Positions 30,234 through 43,200 of a DNA stretch of 64,000 nucleotides are shown in pieces. Below the pieces are notes generated by a model. It searched no databases, was not told the origin of the DNA, and saw only the letters and a list, made by a program, of their open reading frames with translations. The translations under genes were made by a program, and so were the position numbers. Source of the stretch: Candidatus Omnitrophota bacterium (lineage in GTDB: Bacteria > Omnitrophota > Gorgyraeia > Duberdicusellales > Duberdicusellaceae); NCBI GenBank assembly GCA_021159015.1, contig JAGGSQ010000042.1:557-64556 (forward strand), given 5' to 3'. The first letter of the stretch is position 1; each line of letters starts with the position of its first letter.

Positions 30234-31121
30234 TTACACTATCTCACTATGCAGCCAGCGGTAAACCGTCACTCTGTCCACGCCCAACTTCTTTGATATT
30301 TCCAAAATAGAATATCCTCTGGCTAACAACTGCTCTACCAAATAAACCAAAGCTTTTCTGTTTTGAGGAAGACGGGGAAGCTTTCTCCCTTTAATTCTCT
30401 GCATCTTTTTCTCTATTTCCCAAAGATTACTAAATAATTTACTCGACCCCAAAAACATCTTCTTATTTCTTCTCGCCCATTTAATTACTTCTTCATAGAG
30501 CTTTTTTATTGACTTCTTCCCTTCCATTGTTCTGATACTAAAAGATATTTTGCTCATATCTTTGACAAACTTTCTATAGGCAGCCTTAGCTTTTTTGGTG
30601 CTAGAAGGATATACCTCTTCTAAAATTGGCAAAGGGTTAACAAATGAGCTCTTTACATTCTTGACGTATATATCCAAAGAATGCCAATGATATTGAAAAG
30701 GAGAAGTAACTATTCTGGCCCGGTAAGCATTAAGATGTATATACAAAGAGATGGTAAGAAAATAATCTGCATCGTTGCATAGCGCTGCTCTATATCTTCC
30801 CGAAAAAACATGTCCTTTTCTTTCGTATTTGCTGTTAAAGTATAAAGCGTATCTTTTGAATAATTCCTGCATTGCTTTTGACAAGAGATTGTTTCCTGTG
30901 CGAAGCAAGATATGTAAATGATTGGTAAGCAGAGAGAAAGCATATACCTCCAATGAGAACTTAGCAGAAGACTCTTTAAGAAGAGAAATAAACTTAAGAT
31001 AGTCTGACTCCTCCAAGAATACTTTCTCTTTTCCGGGAGCCCGCTGAGTAATATGATATACTCCCCCCTCTATTATAATTTTATTCTGCACTCTTAATAT
31101 CCTCTTCTTGCCTCTATCCAT
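30234..31121 (-). CDS. IS200/IS605-like Y1 (HUH) transposase, RAYT-like, with C-terminal helix-turn-helix extension
   Basis: 295 aa. The N-terminal ~140 aa carry the Y1_Tnp hallmarks (YHITQR, the HUH motif HLHILL and GHVFSGRYRA with the catalytic Tyr region). The C-terminus carries an HTH (ISKKLGVDRVTVYRWL). Identical hairpins flank the gene. Confidence 0.75.
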   Translation of the reverse strand: MDRGKKRILRVQNKIIIEGGVYHITQRAPGKEKVFLEESDYLKFISLLKESSAKFSLEVYAFSLLTNHLHILLRTGNNLLSKAMQELFKRYALYFNSKYERKGHVFSGRYRAALCNDADYFLTISLYIHLNAYRARIVTSPFQYHWHSLDIYVKNVKSSFVNPLPILEEVYPSSTKKAKAAYRKFVKDMSKISFSIRTMEGKKSIKKLYEEVIKWARRNKKMFLGSSKLFSNLWEIEKKMQRIKGRKLPRLPQNRKALVYLVEQLLARGYSILEISKKLGVDRVTVYRWLHSEIV

Positions 31122-31163
31122 ACTGCTTACTTACAAAATCTTACGTTAGGCTCCATTACTAGC

Positions 31164-31191
31164 ATTATACAGAAATTAGACTTTATTGCAA
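31164..31191 (-). promoter_or_regulatory. sigma70-like promoter TTGCAA-N16-TATAAT for the Y1 transposase
   Basis: Read on the minus strand: -35 at 31191-31186 and -10 at 31169-31164, about 45 nt upstream of the ATG and 7 nt from the hairpin foot. Confidence 0.4.
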
Positions 31192-31197
31192 TGGTTA

Positions 31198-31230
31198 TGC
31201 AACATTTTGCTTCGTAAGCAAAATGTTGCA
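31198..31230. repeat. 33-nt perfect hairpin (copy 2, upstream end of the transposase, 36 nt downstream of the tpsA stop)
   Basis: Identical to copy 1, including the 5' flanking TTA. Confidence 0.9.
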
Positions 31231-31266
31231 AATAATATGCCGCAGGAGATTGTTTGCTATTGGCGC

Positions 31267-34200
31267 TTACGACGGTGCGGGAAAAGGAGGTAAAGATTGT
31301 TGATAAAATGCAGTTTTACGCTTTCTCTTCTCTTTCTTCTTTTGGTCTTCGTAGTACTGGTAGAATTTGTTCTTGTCTTTGAGTTTGAGGCTGTTTTCAA
31401 TAAATTCATAAGCTCCCACATCTAAGCGTATGTCGTCAAAAGCAGAAGTATCAGTGGGAGTTAAGGGATGATAAGCATAAAATAAAGGTGTGGCCGGTTC
31501 AAAGGAAGCGAAGCGATAACCGCTAAGAGATTCGAAATAATCTTCCTTAACCTTTGCTGCTTCTTGCTGGTAACGGGGATTGTTGTAAAACTTATGGCGG
31601 TATTGGGCAATGAAAGGTTTATGCCTGCTTACTACCAACTGTGCGAGCCGCTGGTAATCAGCATTACTCTTAGGAGACCAGATTTGCTTGGTGTTAAAAT
31701 AGACAAAGCCCGGAGGATTTAAGGGCTGGGGGAAGCGAGTAGGTATAAGTATAGGGGTATTTAAAGGCGTAATTGTTCCCACTAAATTGCCATAAATTTC
31801 TCTAGTGGGATAGGTAATGGAGAGGTTAGAGATATCTAAATACAGGTCTCCTTTAATAGAGACATTTAAGGGTGTCCCCACAGGGCTAATCTTTCCATTT
31901 GGCGCATTTAAAAAAGAATCCTTTACTGCTGCCACATGCGGACCCGCATTTTCGGCAAGGATCGAACCATTTTCTGCTGTCAGGCGGACACCTGATTTTC
32001 TGGACTGGACTGTTCCGGTAATGGTTATATCCCCAGCAGGAGTTAAGAGATTTATAAAGCCGTCAGAGATAATGCGGTTTATAACAATCGGACCATGAAC
32101 TGTCAGGCCTATTCTGCCACCAGCAGAGATATTATTGAAAGTAACACCATCCATCTCCTCAAGGTATAAATCGTTCCCTGCTACCGCATTAATCGTATTT
32201 GCCCATATGTCAATATCGCCGTTAAAAACGGACATATCTCCTATATTATCCTCAGCCTTTAAATCTACCAAATCACCGCGAATATAGTTGGTATCAGCGG
32301 GGTCAACAAACAAATCGTCACAGATACTGCCCGAGGCGGCATTCAGGTAAACATCACTATCCCCCTTAGCCTGGATATCTCCGACAAAAAGGTCTGAATG
32401 TGTTGTAATATGAATGTCTCCTCCCTCATTGTCCACATGTTTGGCATATAAACCTCCGGTATTGTCTATCACAATGTTCCCCATCCGGGAATTGTCAGCA
32501 ACAAGCATATTTGACCTCGTATCAAGGTCTATACCTTTTTGTGCGTCAATATGAAGTTCATCAGCTGCCACATCGCGGGCAGGAACACCATCCTGCGTAA
32601 TAGAGCCCTGTTTTGCCGTCAGGAAAACATCATTTTTTGTGCCGGCATCTATCCATATTGCCTTAATTCCTGAAACAATGCTAGTTAAACTGATATCATT
32701 GGCATCATTATCCGTGAAAGATGTCTCAACATCTGTGGCGGTTATTTTTCCAAGCGCACTTATGGTTACCGAACCATTGGAAGCTATAACTTTGGAAAGG
32801 TCAATATCATCCCTATCGTAAAACGTTATATTCCCCGCCTTTTTGGAGCGGGCAGTCAAACTGTTTACATCATTATTAAAGTGAAGCATTGTTATATTTC
32901 CGGCCGCAGTCGCAAAAAGGCCTGAAGAATTGACAAAGGCATTGCTTTGTATTATGTCTCCCTTGCCGCTTCCGTCATAATCAGCATTTATATATATGTC
33001 GCCTGCTGTAATAATATTGCCGGAGACCTGTTTAAAGTCACTGCCTGAGTTTAATGTAATAATCCTACCTGCACCACTACTGGTAATATTTGCATAAACT
33101 GAAAGAATATCGTCGTCTCCTCCATCTTCTGCCGCCAACAACGTTATATTTCCACCCGAAGAAACAGGGCTCAATACATTAAGAGGAGAAGCCGCAGATA
33201 TATTAAGCTTTCCCCTGGTATTCACTGCTGAAAATCCATCATTATTAAGATCTAAAAGGTTCAATGTTCCGGTATTGGCAATACCAACGGCATTATCAGT
33301 ATTTACTACGTCAAGGTTCACCACAGTTGTTTCTATAGCATCATTTTCTCCAATACCCGACTCAGCCCTGAGTTTCAAATCTTTCGCCGTAATATTATTG
33401 GAATTGCCATTTGCATCAGTAATTGCCCCATATGCCCTTATATCGGCATTTGTTCCGCAAGATACTGAATCTACTGCTATTTTCCCCAATGCCGTAAGCT
33501 TCAGCGCCTGACCTACAGACACATTGCCTAAAGTGACATTATCCTTTTCACCAATAAAGGCACTGCCAGATACATTAGAAAGGTTTAATGTATCTACACC
33601 TATATCCAGCCAATTCAACTCTCCGGCAGAACCAACATTGTTTGCCTTCATAATGTTCAATGTGCCTGCCGTAAGATATTTACCATCGTTTGAGGTATCG
33701 ATTATGTCCCCATCCGCATTAAGTGTAACAGCATGAGAACCGGCATTAACTGAGCCGTTTAGTCTGATATCATCAGAGGACCTAAGAGACACATCTCCCG
33801 AAGCTGTTATAGTGTAATTACTGAAAAGATTTAAATTGCCACTGGTAGTAGAAATATTTATGCTTCTTGCAGATATATCTTTTAAACTCAATGCCCCACC
33901 AGAAGAAACCTCACTTATATAAATATCGCCGGCACCATTATTAACTGCAACATAAGAAATTCTGGTATCTAAAGCATCGTTGCCTGCCGCCCCAACATTG
34001 CCTGCATTATTCATTATTAATCCATCCGCCCAAATATAACTTGTGTTATCTGTATCCAAAATATCCGCTCCTGCCGGATTAAGTCGAACAAGCTTGCCCT
34101 TCGCATTGAGATTGGCTCCAAAAACCATATTTCCTTTAGAAAAGAAATCAACGTCATCGCCTGCAGACGTATCTCCTATAATAGAGAGGCTGCCCATACT

Positions 34201-37200
34201 GTATATTCGCAACCCTTGTGCTATATCTGAAACACCAACATTCAAATCTTTATTAGAGAAAAGATTGGCGCTTCCCGCATTAGTATGCATATTTAAAACT
34301 CCATTGGCATCAGTGAGTTCTACATCCAAAGCACCGGCATTGCCTAACGGATTTCCAATAGAGTTAAAGGCATTAAGTTCTATATTGTCCGCATAGATAT
34401 TTGTAGTGGAGTCGTCCAGCCAATCAAAAATGGAGCCGGTATCTGCTTTTATCCATGCCTTCTGCCCGCTATTTATCACATCTAAATAAATATCTCCAAG
34501 TGGTTTCTCCAGATAAATATCGCCGGAAGCCCTGGCTGTAACATAAGGCTTGTCCCCGCTCAGTGCAATTCTAACGGGTGAACGCACCGTCCCTATCTGC
34601 CCATTTGAGGCCTCCAAGATAATACCATTAGAAGCAACCATATTTGAGAAAGCGTCGGGTCTAGGATTAAAGATTCTCCCGCCTACCTTCACTCTAACCC
34701 TGTCTCCAGCATTCAGGGCATAAACATTTATGTCATGTTCGGACCCGAGGAAGATATGCCCGGTTGCAGTAAGGAAGACATTTTCTGAGGCATGCACATC
34801 CAAGTCCTCCCTGCGGTGAATAACAAGCTGGTTTGCGCCCCATTCCAAATCGTCGCGTTCGGCTGAAGCAATGGCAAGCTTTATTTCATCTATCTCAGCA
34901 TCAGTATAATTCTTAGAAAAGACAAAGATTAAATCGTCTTTATCTTTGCCTATTTCCCCGCCGGCAACCACAGTAACATTTCGCCCGACTATATTGGGGT
35001 CTTCTATGGATAATGTAGTATCTTTTGTTAAAACAAAACTTGGCAGCCCGCCTTCCAGCTGTTTCTGGGTCCAGAAGTAACCACTGCTTAAATCATCTTT
35101 CTCTTTGTCTGAAAGGGAATACGAGAAATCGGGGTCAAAATCCGTCTGCCCCCACGTCCGATACTTATCCGTCATATCATTTTCTAAATCCTTAATGTCT
35201 TTATCACTCCAGCCGGATTTTTTCAGGCTGTCTCTCTCGCTCTGAGAATAATGAAATTCAACATTCGGGTCATATGCGTCCCAGGAATATGTGCCGTCGG
35301 AATTTCTCTTCAAGTTGCGTTCCTTACTCCAATAGCTTTTATATGCCTCGTTCATAGTATTACTGTAGGCATCCCATTGCGACTGCTTTTTATTTTCAGC
35401 ACCGGCGCCGGTAAGCTGCATATCATTCCACAAAGCAAGCAACTCACTTTTTGTACGGGTATCGGCCTTTTCATTTGAGTTGGCATCTATAATATCGCCA
35501 GGGGCAAATATATTCACGTCACCGGAAGCAGAAACCTTATGTATGGCAAGGTCTCCGGAAACCTCCATAAGGTTTATATCCCCTTTAGCGGATATTACGT
35601 CTATTACTCCTCCATTTGCCGCATCGGTATCAACGCGCAAGACATCCAATGGAGCACCAATAGTGCCGGTTTTAGCCTCTAAGTAGATATTTTTCCCTTT
35701 TATAATAGAAATGCTATTCGAAAGAAGCAGATTATCGTTTGCTATCAACCCCACAGAACCACTCCCCGTAACAAGATTGGTAACGAATAAATCGCCGTTG
35801 GGAGATTCAATATATATGTTCTTGCCGGCAAGAGCATTGAGAGTATTGCCTCCTGAATGGGTTATCTTAAAATACATATCTTTTTTGCCAATACTGCCAT
35901 TATTGGCCATTAGATTTATTTCGCCGCTTTTTACGCTTGAAAAACTGGATTTTGAAAGTATACTGCCGGCAGATGAGGTCAAATTTGTGACTCCCCCTAC
36001 ATTATTGAGGTTGCCTCCCAACCGGATATCACCGACACTATTTACAGAAACCTGGCCGCGGTCATATCCAATAAAGGACACATCTATTGGCAGATCGGCC
36101 TTGACGGAATGATAGTTGTATGTATTAGTCCCTTTATCCCAGATTTGAGTACGTCTCCACCAGGTCTTCTTTGCCGGATATGGGGGATGCCACCAGCTTC
36201 CCGGATGCCAATACCAGTAGGTCCCTTCAGAATCGTCCTGGTGAATCAGGTCGTTTTTAGTCGTAACCGTCAACCTCTTATAGGTATAGTCTGCCGCATG
36301 CTTTTGGCCTACAAAATCTCCCTGAGGAAGTTCGTCCCCCGATAAAATTCTCGTCTTAGGATACCCGCTTACATAATCACTGCTTGAAAAATGCCTTTCG
36401 CTCACCGGGATGAACCCTAAGAATTTGTCATGTTCTTTATACCATTTTTTTATGGTCTGGGACGAAGTCGCCTTGCCCGTCATCCAGAAATAGCGCATAT
36501 TCTCAAGTGGCTGATAAATTGCATCTCTGCCAGTCGCTATAGATTTTAACTGCGTGGCAACCGTACTGTTTACGCCGCTATTGGTAAAAATGCGGATTTG
36601 GTTGCCAAGACGTTCATATCTGGTTACAAACGAAAGCCCTGTCCCGTTGTCCTTTGCCTTGTCGATTAAAATCACCTGGCCTTCAGCGCCTCCTGTATCC
36701 ACATCTTTAAGAACAACGGGGAGGCTTGTCTGATTATCAATATTTATCCTCCCATACCCGTCCAAAACGTTAATCTTACCATCTCCGGTACTGACAATTC
36801 TGCCGGAAATAAATACCAAACCGCCTCTTACCTGCGCACCCAAAATCCGTATTTCGTTATCCCGGGCATCCAATTCAGCGGATATTCCGCCAACTACCAC
36901 CCTGCGGCTTGGGTCAAGGCTTTCATCAACCTTCAATATCTGCACAAAACGTTTGCCGGTTCTATTCGCCTCATTATAGGCCGCCTCAACATCGGCCTGA
37001 GTAATAACAATAGCTTTATCCGGCAGGCCGCTCTGTATGACACCATTTATATTTACTGTATCGGCATTTATGTAAATATTGTTCCCAGCTATCTGAAAAC
37101 TATTTGAAGGAGATTGGCCTTTATACGCAGGCTTAACCGGCCAATTATTTTCATAGGCCTCGGCAAGATACTTAAACCCCGCCGCGGGATTCGGGCCAAT

Positions 37201-40200
37201 GTTATAAAGCGTCTCCGGAGAATCAAATATAAAGTCCCCTCCCGCCGACAATTGTATGGTATCCGCGCGTATGCTGGATGTAGCAATGATACTTCCTGTA
37301 TCATTGCTGATGGAAACCATACCATTAATATTGTTAATAGGCCCGGATATAAAAAGCGCCGGATCCGATAAATCCGGAATATTATCAGGATTGTATACGC
37401 CTGAATTTTTATCAAAATTATTCTTTACTTCAATAAGAGGAGGCAAAGAATCCTGGGCATCCTGCAAAGTAAAGTTGACAACAGTACCTACCGGTGCGCC
37501 GTCATTTAACGCGCTTATTCCAGAAGAGTCTCTTACAACGTGATTGTTAAACTTGATTTTTCCGCCCAGGTCATCGGGAATAGTAAGGCTGTCCAATTTT
37601 ATAGGCAAAGGAGAATTGTTTATTATTCTAATTTTGACATCTCCGGGAGCAATAATCTCTCCTGTCCCGACAAGATAATCTCCCCAAATATTCACATCTC
37701 CGGAAGCGGCATAAGCCGGGTTTACCTTTATTATGTCCACATACTCGTCATTGCCCTGGCTGTTTAACTGGGCTTTCAAAATATTTATGCGGGTGTTTAT
37801 ATCCTGTGCCAGTTCCGAGTTTGCACCATATTGATTTTTCAAATTTTCCAGCCGGTCTATTTCCTGCTGTATATTGTCAACTATACGCTGGTCTGTAAGA
37901 ACCGTCCATGAAATTCCTTCGCTCTGCTGATCAGGGACAAGAATCCTAAGCCTGTTTTCCCCGTTATAAACAGCCCAAAAACCATTTTCGGCATCATAAC
38001 CAATTGTATAGCGCCCCTTGGTGCCATCATCCTTTTTATAATAGGGATTAAACATATTCGTCCCAAAGGTAAGGAATAGATCTCTATAAATCCCTGTTTC
38101 TAACTTTCCTTCCAAGATAATACTCCCTTTACCCTCATTAACAGAATGTCCACCTAATGTATCAAAGGCACCATCAGCATCGGTGCCAAAAAGTTCTATC
38201 AGCTTCTCCAAAGCATACCTTGAGGCATCGCTGGCCTTGCCGTTGCCGTTGGCAAAAAGTAATCCCTTTGCAGCATTTATATACATATGGCTTCCAGAAG
38301 CTATACGGGAACCGCTCTTTATATTAATCCCCGCATTATGCCTCGCAGTAGCATCTGCAGTCGGAGTACCACTATAAGCAAAAGCTGTTTTGTTAAATAC
38401 ATCCGTGTTGGCTTTTACACTAAATAAACTCACCGTATCCGTATCTGCACCTGCCATAAGATACATCTGTTTGGAAGCAATAACCTCGCTGTTATTTCCA
38501 AAGATAAGAGTATCATCAGAATCTGCCAGTGCTTTCGATTCGCCCTGTCCTGCTGATGCCAAACCATAAGTAGAGGTATTTGCCTGCGCTTTCATATCTG
38601 CATTGGTTCTGGCAAAAAACTTAACATCCCCCAAAGACTTCAAAAATGCCCCGTCTCCTATATTAATGGAAGCATCTACAGGTTGAGCCGTAATAAAACT
38701 TTCTGATTTTGCCAAAGAAATAAAACCTGCTGCATCCAATTTTACTTTGTCATATAGATACAAATCGTTCAGAGCACTTACCTCAATATCAGATGTGGTA
38801 TCTGCGTCATCATGCATCTGGATTTTTGCATTATTCCCTATATTAACTTTTGTATGAACAGAGACGTCTGTCTTGCCGCTTGCAGCCGCTCCGTTAAAAA
38901 CCCCTCCTGAACCCGAAATAGCATTATAGTCTGACAACCATGGTTTCCAAACCGTAGTGGATGCACCTATCTTTACAGAATCTGATTTAATCTGTGTATT
39001 GCTGCCTATATCCACCGTTGTAAGGGCGTTCGCTTTATTGCTCGACCATGCTCCAGACTTACCAACTACGCTAACAGCCGAACTGTCAGTCTTGCTGTTA
39101 AACTTGGTTTCCTGATCCGCCTTTACATCAAATTCATCAGATTCTATTTTCTTTCCATTGCCTCCAGAACCGATATACCCTTCAGTAGTGCTCACATTTA
39201 CAGTCTCAGCTTTGGCTGCAACACCTGACAACGCCCCTGCCGTCTTGGCAAAAGATTCGGCATAAGCATCGCTTTTACCTTCAGCATAAACACTTATTTT
39301 GCCGGCATCTATATCAACCTCTTCCCCTATGCCAGCAGTAGTCTCAATATTTGCTTTTGCACTGCTAAATGCACCGCCTATCCCCAACAACCCAAGAGCA
39401 AAACCGCCGGCATATGAATCAATATCAGTGGAATCGCTGCTGGTTATAGAAAGATTGTTTTCTATGTCAGCACTTGAACCGTCGCCCATATAGGCAAATG
39501 TCCTGCTCATAGATCCGGAAGACGATTTGTTTAATTCAGACTCAACAGAAACGTTATTTATATCACTCTTGACATCGGTCCCCTGAACATCATCAACATA
39601 GCCGTCAACCTTATTTGCGCTGGCCTGCTCCTGCGAATATGAAGCCGTATTGCCTGATTCATCACGGCTGTCTCCCGATAAATCCGCACCGGCCAATACA
39701 ATTGAAACAGCCCCTGTAATACCACATGCCAGACCGCCTGATGCGGATATCACCTTTGAATTGACAGATTTCTCAGAAACAGCTCTAATCTCCAGATTAT
39801 CTGCCGTTACAGTATTGTTTGTTCCCAAATATGCGCCGGTATCGGTGCGAATTACATCGACATCGACTCCGGCTCCTACACCAAGCCCTATACTTAAAGC
39901 TCCTCCCCCTGTCTTACTGGAAACATTCACAGTATCCTCTGCTTTCACAGAAGAATCACTGCCAGCATCAATATTTACACCATCCTTGGTATAAACATGT
40001 GTTTTTGAAGTAACAACATTTACAGAAACAGAGCCGGCAACCCCGGTCAGCCCACCGCCTGCCCCGGCAACAGTAACCGAATCTATTGTCTCCGAAGAAT
40101 CGGCATTTATATCCACATCTTTTGCGGATTTGAGATTCGTATTTGAATCAGCGTGGGATTCTGTAAAATTATTAATAGTAACAACCGAAACAGCCCCGCC

Positions 40201-43200
40201 GAAACCAGCTACCCCTAAACCAACACTGGCGCTACCTGTCTTTGCGTCAACTGTACTTCTGTCAGAAGAAAAAAGCCTTATATTATTGCCGGAATCCAAA
40301 TGTGCATCGCTTCCCACATATACGTCTGTGGAATTAGATAAACACCTTACAGAAACAGAACCCGCCATACCACCAACCAGGCTTCCTGCCAGAGCGGCTG
40401 TCGCCACCTCTGTATCTTCCCGTGAAAGAGCCTGAACGGTTATATCGCCGCCGGATTTTACAACAGAGCCGTTCCCTATATGCGCCCTGGTATCTTTTGC
40501 AAAGATCCCAGTATCCACCGAACCTCCGACACTTGTAACAAGACCCCCCGATAGGGTATTAGCAGACGAAACCAAACGAGTATGGTCTGCCGCCAATACA
40601 TAGACTTCCTGGCTGGAGACACTGTGTTCATTTGCATTTATACTGACATTATTTCCTATATAAGCGTTGGTATCAGTTTTTATGATTTCAACTCCCACGG
40701 CACCGCTAACATTTCCCGTGCCTACAGAGAGGCCGGTTGTGTCAGAAAGGATGTCCTCTGTCGCAAATGCAGTAACAAAAACTCCATGCCTGGCGCTTGT
40801 TTTCTTCACGTCATCAGTTATCGGTGTAAGAGGATCGCCATCATCTGCCAATTCGCCTGTATAAACATCCATTGAATCATACAGGCCTTTCGCGCGCACA
40901 GTTACATTGTCAGCAATATAAGACCGGGTATTGCTCGTAATCACATTTACGTTCAATGAGCCTCCAACACCAAGCACTCCGCTAACTCCAGCACTCCCTG
41001 CAATACTTTTAAGAGCCGTGTCATCTTTAGCATTTACCATAAAACTTCCATCCGTATCAACACTCGCCCCGTCTTTTATACACGCTATTGTATTATTGTT
41101 TAAAGAATAGACAGCTGCCACAATTCCTTGGCCCGCTCCGGCCGCTACGCCAAAACAGATAGAACTATCATCAATCTCTTCGCTTGAATCAGCGTCAATC
41201 TTAATGCCTTTAAGAGCATTTACACTGCTTCCCTCCCCAAAATAAGCCTCCGTTGTCTTTGCTACGACACAGGCATTGTAAGAAGATCCTACGCCCTCCA
41301 AAAGGCCTCCGGCACCGCCGCCAATAACAGAATTAATATTGGAATCGCTGACCGCTCTAACATTGACAGTGTTGCCATCGGTACATGAAGCGTTGACAAC
41401 AGCGTTTTTATTAATATGGGCTTTTGTCTTTGAATCAATAACTGTAATTCCGTTTGAACGAGCCGATCCCATAAATACAGCCGCGCCACCGGATATAGAG
41501 ATAGTATCAGCCTGCTCGTCTTCATCTGCCTCCACGAGTGTCTGTTCTGCAGCCTTCGTCTTAGCGCCATCTTCAATATACGCCTCTGTTGAATTGCTCA
41601 AGATATTAGCCGCAAATGCCCCTGAGAGTCCGCCCTGAAAAGCAACGGATAATCCGCCAGCGTTAATTCTGGTATGGCTCGTATCCGATGCACGGACAAT
41701 CAGATTGCGCCCGGCCTCAACAACAGCCCCGGAGCCAATAAAGGCTTGGGTACTGGACAATGGGTGCTGTGAACCATCGGCATCAACATCAGAAGAGGGC
41801 TTTACGGCATTGTTTTTATCGCCAAATTCCTGTGAAACATTCTCTGTGCTTTTATACCCCTTGCTCCAGTGGGTCTTGCCATCACTTTCAAATCCATTCT
41901 CTTCTTCCTCGATAGGATTAAAATCTAAAACTGAATCCGCATATTCGATAGAATCTCCGCTTTCTCCATTTGCACTGCCGCCCAATGAATCGCGCGCATC
42001 ATAGTTCAATCCACCGCCTACAGCAGATATTGAGATAGACCCCGACAAGCCCGACATAATTCCTGCGCCAACTGAACCGGTATAAGAATCGACCAATTTA
42101 TCCGTATGCGCATCAACAAGAATATCCTCGTAGGCCTTTACCTTTGATGCATTTCCAATATGAGCAGTGGCGGAGTTTCTCAATATATTAACATCCGCCG
42201 CGCCTCCGGCACCTATTCCAGCAGCCACTCCGCCGCCACCAACTTTGGAAGAAATATGTGCAGAATCATTTGACCTAACTTTTACATACTGTCCGGACTT
42301 GTAAAAAGAATTGTCCTGATTTATCTCGGCTCTATCCCCTATTTTCGATTGTGTGGTTGATTTAATGATATCCACATTGATAGAACCGGAAACCCCTACT
42401 AATCCCGCCGCGCCTCCGGCAATAACTATTGGCTCAATATCTTCAACAGCATCCGAAAAGACATCGGTTATCCCTGAAGCGTTGGTTAGTGCATCATCGC
42501 CGATTGAAGACCTCGTAGAATTAGCAATAACATTTACAGATACAGCACCTCCGACTCCGCCGCCTATACCAAAGGCGCCATTGCCAACAGTAACATCAAT
42601 ATAACTGTCATCTTTGGACTTTACTAAAAGATCCCCATCTGTATCAACTTTTCCTTTGTCCGCAATATATGAATGGACCTGATTGGCAATTACATTGGCT
42701 GCAATAGCTCCTCCTACTCCCGCGATACCGCCCACTGAAAGATTCATTATTATATTGTTTACCTGGTCAGAGGAAACCGCACTAATGGAAACATTGCCTT
42801 TTGATTTTACAATATTTTTCTGATCCGCTCTGCGGGCTTCATCAGAACCCCCGATAAACGAACGAACATTTTTTGTAATGATATTAGTAGCTATGCCACC
42901 GCCTACTCCAACTTTAACAGCACCAGCAACTACACCAGTTAAACTCAGCACACGGGAATGGTCTAAGGAATTCAAATATACCTCTTGAGAAGAAGACGCA
43001 CCGTTATTATTTTCGTTAAGTTTTACATCATTACCTATTGAAGCCTCGGTGGTGGTAGTAATTGTGTTAATTGCTCCGGATCCCGTAACACCGGCCACAA
43101 TTGCGCCTCCCACACCTGTCGTGACAGAAAAGATATCTTCTGTTGAAGACGCCGTAAGAGATACTCCTTTCATTTTTCTGGTCTTTTTGCCGTCCTCGGT

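Larger units (their letters stand above)
30201..31230 (-). mobile_element. IS200/IS605-family-like element (tnpA only) delimited by identical subterminal hairpins
   Basis: Two identical 33-nt hairpins in the same orientation lie 25 bp beyond the stop and about 80 bp upstream of the start of the Y1 transposase. An internal sigma70-like promoter sits between the upstream hairpin and tnpA. Confidence 0.55.

Noticed and set aside
37089-37415. Minus-strand alternative-frame ORFs inside the giant gene (37089-37415, 37881-38066, 41289-41576, 43067-43255, 44325-44522, 46866-47108, 47673-47876) and inside other genes (2710-2907 in atpD, 19459-19650 in dprA, 30710-30943 in the transposase, 62737-62922 in purD)
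   Set aside because: Each is fully contained in a longer, homology-supported ORF in another frame on the same strand. Their composition is low-complexity or basic junk, with no motifs.
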